The notes under the pieces were generated by a model. It made no database searches, was not told the DNA's origin, and worked only from the letters and a program-made list of their open reading frames with translations. A stretch of 63,064 nt of DNA, the filler included, from Asterionella formosa (lineage: Eukaryota): assembly GCA_002256025.1 (NCBI GenBank). It is 13 parts of 13 records of this genome, joined end to end, with 100 filler letters (N's around TTAATTAATTAA, not from the genome) between each part and the next. Parts side by side here need not be neighbours in the genome. Positions count along the whole stretch, not along the records: positions 1 to 4,765 come from NKIB01013373.1; positions 4,866 to 9,630 come from NKIB01013374.1; positions 9,731 to 14,495 come from NKIB01013375.1; 10 more parts are not named here. One strand, written 5' to 3'. Shown here piece by piece: positions 1 to 12,060 of the stretch (position 1 is its first letter; each line of letters opens with the position of its first letter). Made by a program: the position numbers and the translations under genes.

Positions 1-566
1 CTACCGGTACAAATTTTTTTGTCGTGCTGGGAGAACTACTTGGTAGGAGTACCTGGTATCTGGTATGAAACAACGCGCACTGCCTGGATACCATGCTCTA
101 CCTGGTTGTTACCAGGTATTACATACCGGTGAGTAGGTATCTCAACAGGAACTCGGAGTACCGGTTTATAGTTAGTCTACCGCTATGTACGTTCCTTTTA
201 TGTGCATATAGTTGTACGACCACCACCTCTATCGTTATTTTTGTTAGACAACGCAGCAAGTGTAGACGGACCTTACGAAGACAGAAGCCTCCTACATACC
301 GGTAGTTGTTATTAAATCAGACAAGGACACATGAATTGACCGTCACCTGCTGAGCTAACGACATTCAAAGAGAATCACTGCTGCCTTCGATATTTTGTTC
401 AATCTTTCCCTGCACCTGTCCTGCAGTTCAGCGCCTCTAGCTCTTCAACAAGGCCATTTAGCAATCGATATCGAAAAGTTCCACCAGCGGCGCGAATCGG
501 CATTTGTTAGGATCGTTACGTTTCCCGAGTACTGGATCCTACGGGAACGATCAACTGTGCACAGTC

Positions 567-3500
567 ATGTCCGAAATTGATGTGGCACTCCAACGGCTTC
601 TGTCAGGAGACTTCAATATTGACGTGCTTGACCAGCTGGTCACTGCTGCCTATGATCCTGTTTCGCCTCATCGAGCTGCAGCTAATAAAGCCTTGATGCA
701 GCTGCAGGAAACCCCGGACTTGTGGACCAAGGCTGATTCCATCATTGAAAACTCAAATGTGCCCCAGTGTCGATTCTTTGGACTTCAGATCCTTGATGAC
801 GCCATCAAGTCAAGGTATGTAGTGTTCTCTATGCATGAAGTGCGTTGGTACATTATCTCTCCTTTCACTTGTATGATTCGTAAACTCACGTATTTGCTTT
901 CAGGTGGAGAGTCATCCCATCGGACCAACGTGATGGAATCAAGAACTTTATTGTAGGCAAAGTTATTTGCATGAGCTCGGACGAAGCAACAATGCGACGG
1001 GAAAGGGTATTTATCTCCAAGCTGAACCTTACGCTGATTGAGATCCTAAAGCATGAGTGGCCGCACAATTGGCCGTCGTTTATCAGTGATTTGGTCGGGT
1101 CATCTAAGACGTCGGAAGTACTCTGTGAAAACAATATGATGATTTTGAAGCTCCTTTCGGAAGAAGTTTTTGATTTTTCGAAGGATCAGATGGTCACGGA
1201 GAAAGTCAAGTCGATGAAGGAGTCGCTAAATACTGAATTCCAGTCAATTTATCAGCTTTGCGAATTCATTTTGGCACATTCTCAGCGACCATCACTGTTG
1301 CAGGTCACCTTGGAGACTCTACAGAGATTTTTGACTTGGATTCCGCTGGACTATATATTCCGGACACAGCTGATCGATGCACTTCTCAATAAATTCTTTC
1401 CTGAGCCTGTGTTTCGAAACAATGCCTTGGATTGTTTGACGGAAATTGGAAGCTTGCAAGAAGCGAAGTACGACACTGTTTTTCCACAGCTCTTTGTGAC
1501 GTTCCTTTCAAGATTGTCAGCCGTCTTTTCCCCTGAGACGAACCTTAATCATGCATACGAGATTGGAACCGAAGACGAACGTGTTTTTATTCAGCGTTTG
1601 GCGCTTTTTTTGTCGGGATTCTTCAAGGCTCATTTAAAACTCTTGGAAGCTCCTCAATACCAGCAGTCACTGCTGACTGGTATGCTTTATCTGGTACGTG
1701 TATCCGAGGTGAAGGAAACGGAAATATTTCGTATTTGCCTCGAAACATGGCACATGCTATCAGAAGATCTCTACAAATCGGAACACTCCTTTGGTGAAGC
1801 ACCAACAGTTTTGAGACTAAACGGGGATTCCGGATCGTCTCGAAAATTCATGTATTCTCCGGTTTTAACCGGAGTCAGACAAGTAATGATCGCCGCTATG
1901 GCTAAGCCAGAGGAAGTGTTGATCGTGGAAGATGAGAACGGAGATATTGTACGGGAAACAACTAAGGATACTGATGTAATTGCTCAGTACAAAACCATGC
2001 GTGACACACTTGTATACTTGACACATTTGAACTGTGATGACACTGAAAATATCATGTTAGCTAAGTTGACGGAGCAAGTTGATGGGAGCAATTGGTCGTG
2101 GAACAACCTAAACACACTGTGTTGGGCGATTGGTAGCATCTCGGGTGCCATGTCGGAGGACGATGAAAAGAGATTTCTCGTGACCGTCATTAAGGATTTG
2201 CTAGGACTTTGTGAACAAAAGCGAGGAAAAGATAACAAGGCCGTGATTGCGTCGAATATCATGTACGTGGTAGGCCAATATCCTAGATTTCTGAAAGCTC
2301 ACTGGAAGTTCCTCAAGACGGTTGTAAACAAGCTGTTTGAGTTTATGCACGAGGTTCATCCTGGTGTTCAAGACATGGCTTGTGATACCTTTCTCAAGAT
2401 TTCGATGAAATGCAAGCGGAAGTTTGTAACTTTGCAAGCGGATGAGCCCGCCCCTTTCATTTGCGAACTTGCAGAATCAATGCATACCATCATTAGTGAC
2501 CTGGAAGCTCATCAAATCCAAGCCTTTTATGAGGCTGTTGGGTGCATGCTCAGTGACAAAGGACCAGCTGTTATGATCGATCGACAAGCACTACTTGCTA
2601 AGCTGATGGAAGGCCCCAACATTACTTGGAGAATGATCATGAGTAAAGCGAACAACAACGTCGAGACATTGGTTGATTCTAATACCATCAAGGAGATTGT
2701 GAAAATTCTTAAGATCAACAACCGAGTATGTAGTTCTGTGGGATCTCTTTTTGTTCATCAGTTTGAGGGCTTCTTTCTTGATATGCTTAATGTTTACAAG
2801 GTGTATTCAGAACGCATATCTGCTGCGATTGCTCAACAAGGAGCCATTGCCACCCAAATGAGTCTTGTCCGAACAATGCGTAGCGCAAAAAAGGAAGTCC
2901 TTCGTTTGCTTATCACGTTTATCGACAAGAGCGGACCTCCAGAATCACCTCCACAGGCTGTTGCACAGGGTTTTATTCCTCCCGTCCTGGACCCGATTCT
3001 CGGAGATTATCAGCGGAACATCGCGGGAGCGCGAGACCCAGAGGTGCTCACTGTCTTTGCTACGGTGGTTGAGAAGCTTAAGAGTCACGTTGTAAATGAT
3101 GTACCAAGAATAATGGATGCTGTTTTCGAATGCACACTTCAGATGATAACCAAAAATTTCGAAGACTACCCGGAACACCGTATAAGGTTCTTCGAGTTCT
3201 TGAAGGCCATTAATTCTTATTGTTTCCCTGCCCTGTTCAATATTCCACCTGCACATCAAAAGCTTGTCGTGGATTCCGTTGTTTGGGCAATGAAGCACAC
3301 GGAACGAAACATTTCAGATACGGGGCTCGATATTCTGCATGATCTTCTTGTGAATGTCGGCAAGACTCCCAACGTCGCACAAGGTTTTTATCAACAATTT
3401 CTCCTTTCTTTAATTCAAGATGTTTTCTCGGTCATGACTGATCGACTTCACAAATCGGGTTTTCGTATGCACTCAACGCTTCTTCGAATGATGTTTCATC

Positions 3501-3871
3501 TTGTGCAGACAAACCAGGTAACGGTTCCTCTGTTCGATCCAGCTACTGCCCCTCCCGGCCAAACGAATCCAGTGTTCCTGAGAAATCACATTTCCAACCT
3601 TCTAATTTCAAGTTTTCCTAATTTGACAACATCGCAGGTTCTCAAGTTTGTGGAAGGAATGTTTGACGTGAAGATGGACTTGGCAAACTTCAAACAGCAT
3701 TTGAGGGACTTTTTGATTCAGCTCAAGGAATTCAGCTCCGAAGACAACGCTGGGCTATACAGCGAGGAAGCAGAGAAAGAAGCTCAGAAGCAACAAGAGG
3801 CATTGCGAAACGAAAGGAGTATGGTGCCTGGAATGTTAAAGCCTTCCGAGATTATCGACGATGACTTGTAG
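567..3871 (+). CDS. XPO1: Exportin-1 (CRM1), 2 exons (567-814, 904-3871)
   Basis: Intron GTATGT..TTTCAG at 815-903 joins DDAIKSR to [17 protein letters not shown]. Hallmarks include [30 protein letters not shown] and [16 protein letters not shown] (the leptomycin-B-reactive Cys is retained). Confidence 0.97.
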
Positions 3872-4287
3872 AGGGGAATGGGAACTTAGGTGACATGTAG
3901 GGTTTAACACAATATTTGAGTGTTATTTTACAGCTTGTGGACCAATGACTCTTTTTTCTATGCAGATTGAATTAGTTATTTAAAGTCTATAATGACAACT
4001 TTGTTTTTTCTAATAGAAACGTTTTTTCTGAATGTACTAGTAACACAACAACTCATAGTTGTTGCTTACTGTGACGTTTCTGGGACATGGATTGCATCTC
4101 AACTGGCTGCACTATGCATCAAACAAGTTAATTTATGCTGATTATTGCACAAGAACGTTGGTCATACTATAGGGCTGTAGCTGTGCCTGTCAGGAACAGT
4201 TTGTGTGGAATGGAAAGTTGTTGAACAGAATCTTGCACAGCAGGCAGGAGCATGCTAATCAAGAACATAACCATTGTTTTCTCTGCA

Positions 4288-4314
4288 CCATCCATCCATC
4301 CATCCATCCATCCA
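4288..4314. repeat. (CCAT)n microsatellite
   Basis: About 6.5 perfect CCAT units. Confidence 0.9.
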
Positions 4315-4508
4315 CCCTACTTTTATCTTTGAAAATATCACGGATTTAGACCAAATAACTAGGGTGCACAGCAAGCGAGGAGCATCACATACACCTATCA
4401 CACTCACATTGACATGATGAAGCTTGCCAAGAAATATACAGGGCCATGGCCACAGTGAGAATGTTTCCGAATACAACAACAGACATAGAATGGATTTAGT
4501 TCAATGAT

Positions 4509-4731
4509 AAATTGAAATTAAATCTTACAGTACATTAAAGCTATTCAATAATCGCACGTGTGCCCACATTTTGAATGGAAACTAATACCGTTTTTTTCGT
4601 CTGTATGGTACAACAGGACCTGTCATTTCATCAGCCGCACCCCCCTGGAACCCTAGGGACTACATGAAAAAGACAGATGCTGAAGAATGCAGGAATCGAA
4701 CCTGCCACCACAGAACACTAAGCCATTGCCC
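4509..4731 (-). mobile_element. tRNA-derived SINE, copy 1, with 18-bp TSD
   Basis: Minus strand reads GGGCAATGGCTTAGTG..GGTTCGATTCCTGC (A/B-box like). Homologous to 16503-16714 and 60133-60356. TGGATTTAGTTCAATGAT is duplicated at 4491-4508 and 4732-4749. Confidence 0.85.
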
Positions 4732-4765
4732 TGGATTTAGTTCAATGATTTAATTTTTTTCATTT

Positions 4766-4865
4766 NNNNNNNNNNNNNNNNNNNNNNNNNNNNNNNNNNN
4801 NNNNNNNNNTTAATTAATTAANNNNNNNNNNNNNNNNNNNNNNNNNNNNNNNNNNNNNNNNNNNN
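4766..4865. other. Artificial contig spacer N-TTAATTAATTAA-N (first of 12; others start at 9631, 14496, 19361, 24231, 29094, 33955, 38810, 43665, 48519, 53370, 58220)
   Basis: Identical 100-nt spacer with stop codons in all six frames, separating segments of 4745-4770 bp. Confidence 0.98.
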
Positions 4866-5024
4866 TCAACCCTAAGTGAAAGGTGTACCCCGGTAGGAGT
4901 ACCAGGTATTCACCTGCCCCGCCCTACCGGTAGTAGAGTGTTCTCAAATCATAGTAGCTAACAAAGCCCCACCCAACCTAACCCAACCCTCAATCATCAT
5001 CATCATCATCTCCCTGTCACTGAA

Positions 5025-6275
5025 ATGCTAAAAGGCAAGAGAAGCAAGTTGTCTGCGAAGCGATGGCAAGCCTTTCTTGTGAGCTTCGTCGTCAGCGTCA
5101 CATTCCTGGTGTATCTTATCGTCGTCGCCACCAGGTCACGCATTAAATCGATAGGTCACGTCGCAACGACTTCACAGCAACACAATGATAGTGTCGGTAG
5201 ATTTACTCAACAAGAGCATTATATTTTGACTGCTTCATACTACCTCATAGAGCTTGAGGTCGCTGCGCCATTGCCAGACCAGGGCATTGATTACACGATG
5301 AATGCCATTTTCTGTCCCCTCGATTGGCACCTACAAAAGTCTAGTCCTTCCACTGTGCCCATGTTTAGAGATTTGATCGAAAAGTCCATTCATTGCCAGT
5401 CCAATAAAATTAAGTTGGATCTACAATCCATCGTCACCAAGGCGCGACGTTTTGACATGACCAACACCTTGGGGACTGCTGCTCCTACAACGCTACCGCT
5501 ATCTGGTGTCGTCTTTCATGAAACTCGTTGTGGTAGCACCCTTGTCGCCAATCTATTGGCGGGGAGCAGTGACACTCACCGTGTGTACAGTGAATCGGGA
5601 CCACCCCTAGCGGCTCTGCAATTATGTGAAGGAACTCAACATTGCAACAGCGTCGCACAAGATGCCGTACTACGAGATGTCATATACTTGATGAGTCGAT
5701 CTCATAATCCGAAAGAGCAACATGTGTTTTTTAAGTTTCAATCTGTCGGGGTCCGATCCATTCATGTATTTACACGAGTATTCCCAACCACACCGTGGAT
5801 CTTTGTGTACCGAGACACAATTGAAATTCTCATGTCACACTTGAAATCCAAAGACCAAGAAAAAGCAGTTTGTTTGCGATCTCGATCTCATCCACATGCG
5901 TTACTGCGTCAAGTAGTGGGACATCGTGATGTGGATTCATTGTCCGCAGTCGAATTTTGTGCTGCTCATTTAGCTTCGTTATGTGAGGCTGCCATCCAGG
6001 AGGCATCCGGTATGTTTATACCCTATTCCAGTTTACCAGATCGTATATGGGAGCTGGTACTGCCGAACCATTTCGGAATTAAAAACATTGATATAGATAG
6101 AATGAAAGTGGTGGCAAGTGTTTATAGTAAGGGACGAGGGGAAAAGGCCAATCAAGAATGGCAGGCCGACTCGCAATGGAAACAAGACAAGGCGTGGGAA
6201 GAAATACGGAATGCGGCTGAAATGTTTGTCAAGCGAAAATTTGACAAAATGGAAGAGTTGAGTCATGCAAAGTAA
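5025..6275 (+). CDS. Type II membrane sulfotransferase-like protein
   Basis: N-terminal hydrophobic anchor, VVFHETRCGSTL (5'-PSB-like loop) and FVYRD..EILMS (3'-PB-like). A possible in-frame intron lies at 5197-5250. Confidence 0.65.
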   Translation: MLKGKRSKLSAKRWQAFLVSFVVSVTFLVYLIVVATRSRIKSIGHVATTSQQHNDSVGRFTQQEHYILTASYYLIELEVAAPLPDQGIDYTMNAIFCPLDWHLQKSSPSTVPMFRDLIEKSIHCQSNKIKLDLQSIVTKARRFDMTNTLGTAAPTTLPLSGVVFHETRCGSTLVANLLAGSSDTHRVYSESGPPLAALQLCEGTQHCNSVAQDAVLRDVIYLMSRSHNPKEQHVFFKFQSVGVRSIHVFTRVFPTTPWIFVYRDTIEILMSHLKSKDQEKAVCLRSRSHPHALLRQVVGHRDVDSLSAVEFCAAHLASLCEAAIQEASGMFIPYSSLPDRIWELVLPNHFGIKNIDIDRMKVVASVYSKGRGEKANQEWQADSQWKQDKAWEEIRNAAEMFVKRKFDKMEELSHAK

Positions 6276-6959
6276 TACTCATTCCATGAATGTCCTACAA
6301 CTTTTCAAAAGCGGCACATTTGGGGAATGAAATACTGGTAGTCACTAACTAGGTGTACTTGATCTGTACTCTCTGGTGCCTTTTCACTTTGAATGCCTTC
6401 CAGTTTCTCGCTACATCGACCATCAAGCGTAGGCTTCTGTCGAACCAAGTGGAACACAGCCAATTTCCAGTCGTCACTACCAAGCTTGACAAATAATACA
6501 TGTGGGACCTTCACACCAATCTGTTTCATTTAAAACAGGACACAGTGCATGCTGTGTTGGATCAGAAACTTCCGTGGTCATCTAAGGTTTCCTCTTCAGC
6601 ATGTTCAAGATAACATGTGTGTCAGGGCTCAATATTGATTCTGGGCAGTTTATTAGAATTGATTATAAGGCTAGTGCTTACAATTTGCTCAAATTGTATT
6701 TTTATGCATATACATACACATACTACCTGCAATATCCCATACTGACTTTTCATTCCAAACTCTCTTAAGATTATCATTCATTAAATCCAAGTCATGTTCT
6801 GATTATCAAAATTGTGTTCACCTACTACTACTGGTAATGGTATTCAGCAACTGGATGAAGGTTTTCTAATGGATTTCACCAATCAGTAACTTCCAGTCAT
6901 TGTCAGTAACTTCCAGTCATTGCTGATTGTTCTTGTTGGCAGCAACATCTGGTAACTCT

Positions 6960-7260
6960 CCCTCTTAGTCATTGAATCACTGACAGACTCCTGTGTTTGA
7001 GATTCCATGGGGAGATTATTGTAGACATGTGATTTTCGAGATGTGGAGGGCAACATATTGTGGAGAACATCTGTCGACAGCAGGTAGCCATGCAACAGTG
7101 GAACTGGCAATACCCAGGCAGGTGGCCAGCAAGCAAGGAAAGTGTTGGGGTCTCATCTTCTTAATTGTAGGAGTGCAATCAAATGAATGTTTTGGAATCT
7201 TCGCCTTGATGATCATACAGGATGATGATTGGCAGTAGATTTAACAATGACAACAATGGA
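6960..7260 (+). repeat. Dispersed repeat family D, diverged copy (partner ~28095-28410)
   Basis: Collinear shared blocks TTGAATCxCTGACAG, CATGCAAC, CAGGCAGGTG, GCCAGCAAGCAAGGAA and GATTyAACAAT. Confidence 0.65.
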
Positions 7261-8053
7261 CTGAACAAACGTACTGGATGATGCCATGCAAACCGGGTAT
7301 ATGTACCGGTACCTTAGTCCATAGTTAGTCGTAGCAGCATCCTAAATTCGTTGATTCTACATACGGCTTAATAATATTACCTGGTACCTGGTACCAGACC
7401 CTACCATCGTCCTGTAACGCAATGCAGGCCAGATGCCGGTAAACACGTTCATAATATTATCGAAAATATAGAACACTGCCCTGCTACCGATAAATACATT
7501 ATTCGCACCGTTTTTATGTGCGTATGTACGGGTAGTCCATGTACCACCAATATGAGCGAGTCTAGTCTAGCTATCCCAAGTTCTACACATTCATAGTCGA
7601 ATATATATCAATTGAAAAGAATCTAATATTTTCAATACTTAGAGTTCAATAAGGCTACACGTATCTGATTAAACATTTAGAGATTTTTTTTCGCTGATGC
7701 AATATATTCGACCAAAAGAAATGGTCCTACTATTGATCTTTATGGCAAAATCTATTGTCTAAAGCTGAGACTAGTTCCGAACGATGATCATTAAATTATA
7801 TCAAATCTGTACATCAGCATATACAGATATCGCCGAAAGTGTCCGCGTCGAGCCGACCAACATCCTTTCAAACACAGTTTCGATTTGCTTGTCTCTCGCT
7901 CATTGCAAATGGTACAATTACCATATCGCTTATCTCCTTACATTAGATAATGCCATCACATCTAAAGGAACATTTATACCATAGTGTGGTGCTGGCCATT
8001 CCGTTTAGCAGACGAATTATTTGCTTTTTGGATTTCATCGATACCTGCTCACC

Positions 8054-8950
8054 ATGGCCAGATCATCCAGACACAAATACTCAACCTCGTCGGAATCATT
8101 CTCAACGGAAACATCAGGCACGCCAGATGAATCTGGGACAGTTTCGAACTCTAGTTACGGCTCTTCCACCACTGGAACCAACTCTTCTTCTTCATCCCTC
8201 GAGGAAGCTTATGATGGCTGTATCAACTACACTTGTGGTTTGATTGGCCCATTTCATTCGGAAGAAGCTGTCAAAGCAAAGCCATCCTTGTTGTCCTTTG
8301 CTAAGAAAGATCCCTTCACCAAGAAGAAAAGTCAATATTTGAGTAAATTTGTCAAGGAAAACGATGTGACCATGCCACCTGTTCAATTGGATCGAGAAAA
8401 TGCCAACAAGCTGTTGCAAACTGGTGAGGGCCTCGGCTTGAAGAGGCGTATCCTCAAGAGCATGGCGGAAAAACGATCCATACAGAGAGGGAAGCGATCA
8501 CAAGATGGGTACAGGAACAAAGAGAGAGAAACAAGGGAGCCCTCGAGAAGGCACCATGATGGAATCCCTAGAGGTTTGTCAAGAAGGGGCCATAATGGAG
8601 TCCCAAGGGATTCTGTTAGACTGCACCATGAAGATATGCCACGGCATTCTAGACGACACCACCATGGTATGCCAAGTGATTCTTCTAGGAGTTCTAGAAG
8701 GCATCATGATGGACTGTCAAGGGATTCTAAAAGACGAGATGGAGAGACCAAGGAACGATTTCCAAAAAGGAAGGATGGATTGAGAAGAAAGGATGGTGAT
8801 TTTCGAGGAAAGGACGAAATGTCTACTTCACGAAAGAGTAGAATCAAGAGAGAGAAAGAATCACAAGAGAAAACAGGAAATCTGACAAGAGCTGTTGAGG
8901 ACGATACTCCAAGGGCAGGAAATACGGAACCCAAGAAGCAGGCGAACTGA
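8054..8950 (+). CDS. Orphan low-complexity protein with a Ser/Thr-rich N-terminus and ~12-aa SRRHHDG repeats
   Basis: Open 298-codon frame from ATG 8054, with repeats SRRHHDGIPRGL / SRRGHNGVPRD / VRLHHEDMPRH / SRRHHHGMPSD / SRRHHDGLSRD. Confidence 0.6.
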   Translation: MARSSRHKYSTSSESFSTETSGTPDESGTVSNSSYGSSTTGTNSSSSSLEEAYDGCINYTCGLIGPFHSEEAVKAKPSLLSFAKKDPFTKKKSQYLSKFVKENDVTMPPVQLDRENANKLLQTGEGLGLKRRILKSMAEKRSIQRGKRSQDGYRNKERETREPSRRHHDGIPRGLSRRGHNGVPRDSVRLHHEDMPRHSRRHHHGMPSDSSRSSRRHHDGLSRDSKRRDGETKERFPKRKDGLRRKDGDFRGKDEMSTSRKSRIKREKESQEKTGNLTRAVEDDTPRAGNTEPKKQAN

Positions 8951-9740
8951 AAAATATCTGTCGATGTGGGCAAGGCCTATTACATCTTTTCCTTCCTGGA
9001 AACCTGCTTGCTAGATATTGTGGCCCATCATTGACATCATCTATCAAGAAATCCACCAAAAAACGACGAGAGTGCATCATAAAACGTGCAATTTATTTAG
9101 AAACTAATAACTAGTGAGTGGCATAAAACATTCTAACAAGAAAGGAGTTTGAATGGGTAAATGAAGAGCACTGGAATTGATTAATTATTAAGTTAAGGTA
9201 CCTGCATATATATATTGAAAACTATGGCATTGCTCTGGCCTTGTTCACTGCTATAACTTCCTTAGCAGAAAAAATCGAGTGGCACGCACCTTGATTAGTC
9301 TAAACAACAACACTGCTGTAAGAGCAATCATAAAAATCAGCAGCAACCCACAGTAACAAGACAAAGGAGTTTTTTCAACTAGACTCTAGCTACATTGACA
9401 AACTGGCTGTAGGCAACATGTGGAGTAAGATTAATGCTTGAAGAAGAAAAATGATGGTGCTGGCTGGTACGCAAATGATGTATGAGAAAAGAAAAGGGAT
9501 ATTGTTGTTCTTTGGCTCAGTAGAATGACAGGCAGCTGGCTGCTGCTGATGATGCATTTTAGGAAACATTTTTTGTCCATGCTTTCTATTCCTTGCTTCG
9601 AGTATTGAAAGAATTTATTCATTATTGAGTNNNNNNNNNNNNNNNNNNNNNNNNNNNNNNNNNNNNNNNNNNNNTTAATTAATTAANNNNNNNNNNNNNN
9701 NNNNNNNNNNNNNNNNNNNNNNNNNNNNNNCGGCGGAAAT

Positions 9741-11578
9741 GTGGCAGACAACACTTCAGAAGTAGAAATGGTTGAAAAGTTGCAAAACCAAGAAATATGT
9801 CTCACTATTCGTCCAGAACATCAAGATGAACATCATGAAAGCAGAGAAACTATTGCATTTCTAAAACAAACGCAAGATATTCAAGAAAAAGGCCGAGCTA
9901 GATCAAGACCTCGAATTCAAAAAGATCAATGCAGACAGAGATGTGATGCTGGCTAAGGCAGTTGATGCACTGCGTCGGGAACGAAGTTTGAAGCACAAAA
10001 TTGAATCTTGTTTTTCCAAATCATACATGGAAGAAAAAGAATTTCTTTGTAAAATTATCGAGAACAATCCCGAAGGCAACTACTTTTGTGAAGAGTCGGC
10101 ATGTGAAATGTGTAGAGTTATTATGCCAAAGCAAACTGCATTTTCCTTGAGTTTGCCGAAAACGCATGGACAACTAAAATTGTGGAAAGATTTGTACACT
10201 CGTACCCCACAAGATATGATATGCAATTACGCCTCTGTATTTTATGGAGTCAAAGGTATCAAAAAATCATCTTCAGATTTTAAAGATCTTGCATATTGGG
10301 ATCTTGAAACAATTACCTCTATGATCCATTATATAATTCATGAACTTCATCCAAGTGATGTAAAGGTTATATTTGATCTGGATGAGAACCCAGAAAAGGG
10401 TAATAACAAACCGTATATAGGTCATACCAAGGTGATTGTCATCCACTTCATCACGAAAGTAACTATGTGCTAATTGTGTATTGCAAAAGATCAGATGTGG
10501 AGGGAAACAACTATTTTGTGCATTATCTTTTTGCTATAAATGATGGATTAGCTATGTCAAGTCCGTGATCCAGGAAAAGATGCAAGTCTGGATGAACATT
10601 ATGATCAAGTATTTCACCTTGCCCGTAAGTACTGGTACTACATCATCCCTGGATGTACCAAACAATTGGAATTGTTATGCACCGATACAGGATATCTTCC
10701 ACAAGAATCCCATATACCTGAAGCAATTGGGTTCTCGGAATCTTTCTATACTGGCCTGGCACCAAAGCACCATTGCAGATCATTATGGCCACTGAACATG
10801 ATTCCATGTTATTTCAACCAGAAGATGATAGCGGATGGTCATGTGGACCATTTACTATTGTGAAAAAATTGGAAACTCTATTGCAACTAGAAAGGAATGG
10901 CAAAACCAAATTTCTTGGCAGCCGGGGGCACAATTACGTTTGGAGACGGAGTCCTGGAAAGTTTTAAAACGTCAGGTGGTAGCAACTGATCAAACAGACG
11001 ATTTGTTATCTGTTACATCTGACCCACCAACCAAGTCAACACACTTTCATCTTGGAACAGTTTGGCCTCAGCCAAGTGACAACGACAAACATTCGTGAGG
11101 ATATGTTTCATTTGGAAATAACTGTTCTTCAATTTTGTATCGACAAAATTTTGAGCTCCTATTTAGATTTAAAAATGTTGAACGAAGTATTTGGACGCGT
11201 TCCTTGCAATTCATCTTTCAAGAGGGATGATGTTGTCAACGTGAAATCCATGATCCAACAAATGAATGAAAAAGTTGCTCTATTCAAATGGTATAATCAT
11301 GCACCCCTTGGCCAAATTTCTGGATGCATCAAAATTGACAAAATGTTGAAAAATATTTTGTCACTGATGATAGCCCTTCTGGAATGAAATTGAAAGATTT
11401 TACATACTCATATCAAACTGCAGTTGAAAAGTGGACAATACAACCGATCAAACAACGGAATAGTCGGCGAGTTCAGAATGACACCAACAGCAGGGAGAAA
11501 TGCGCGACATTAAGCACTGCATGGCGCAAGATTCAGAATAGAGGAAGGAAAGGGCGAGACAGTATCAATATACAATAG
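9741..11578 (+). pseudogene. Fragmented ORF series, possibly including a Ulp1/C48-like protease relic; probably transposon-borne
   Basis: Chain of overlapping same-strand ORFs broken by frameshifts. QPEDDSGWSCGPFTI resembles the Q-x-D-G-x-S-C-G catalytic motif. Confidence 0.3.
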
Positions 11579-11699
11579 CCGAGTAGAGAGAGAGAAACGT
11601 TGGGTCGCTGGCCTGTAGAATCATAGATAGCATTGCTAAATTTGTCAATTAAATTAAGATCCGTTCCAATCCTTTTTTAACAATCTTTGTAATTAGAAA

Positions 11700-12060
11700 T
11701 ATTATCATGTTTAAGATAGATATATGATGAAACAATTCAGATGATAGTATATAGTTTAGCTGATTTTAGGATGCGTTGTAGTTATAATTTACATCGGGCG
11801 ATCACGAGAAGTGAAAATAATATGAGAAGGTTTATGATATTGACGAGAAATGTTGTTGATCAGTTTATATACATTGTGTGATGATAATGCTCTTATCATC
11901 ATTATACTTCAAGGTCAGTAACTTATTAATAAATCATCATAGTTACAAGATACCATGATCATATTTTTGATCCAAAAATTATCATATATACGAAAATCCT
12001 GTGCCACTTAGCGTACGATACCCTTGATCCTATATTCATGATACTTTTTATTTGCAGACG
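11700..12060 (+). repeat. Repeat family A, putative DNA-transposon end terminating in TTTGCAGACG
   Basis: Clearly homologous to 48619-48940 and to 53029-53369 (inverted). The terminal part recurs at 12590-12673, and the terminal motif recurs at 62450. Confidence 0.75.

Noticed and set aside
4810..4821. Recurrent TTAATTAATTAA as a biological repeat or regulatory site
   Set aside because: Always centred in a fixed N spacer; it is an artificial six-frame stop linker.
4866..4995. Telomeric repeat (AACCCTAA / CCCAACCTAA)
   Set aside because: Isolated imperfect words, not a tandem array.
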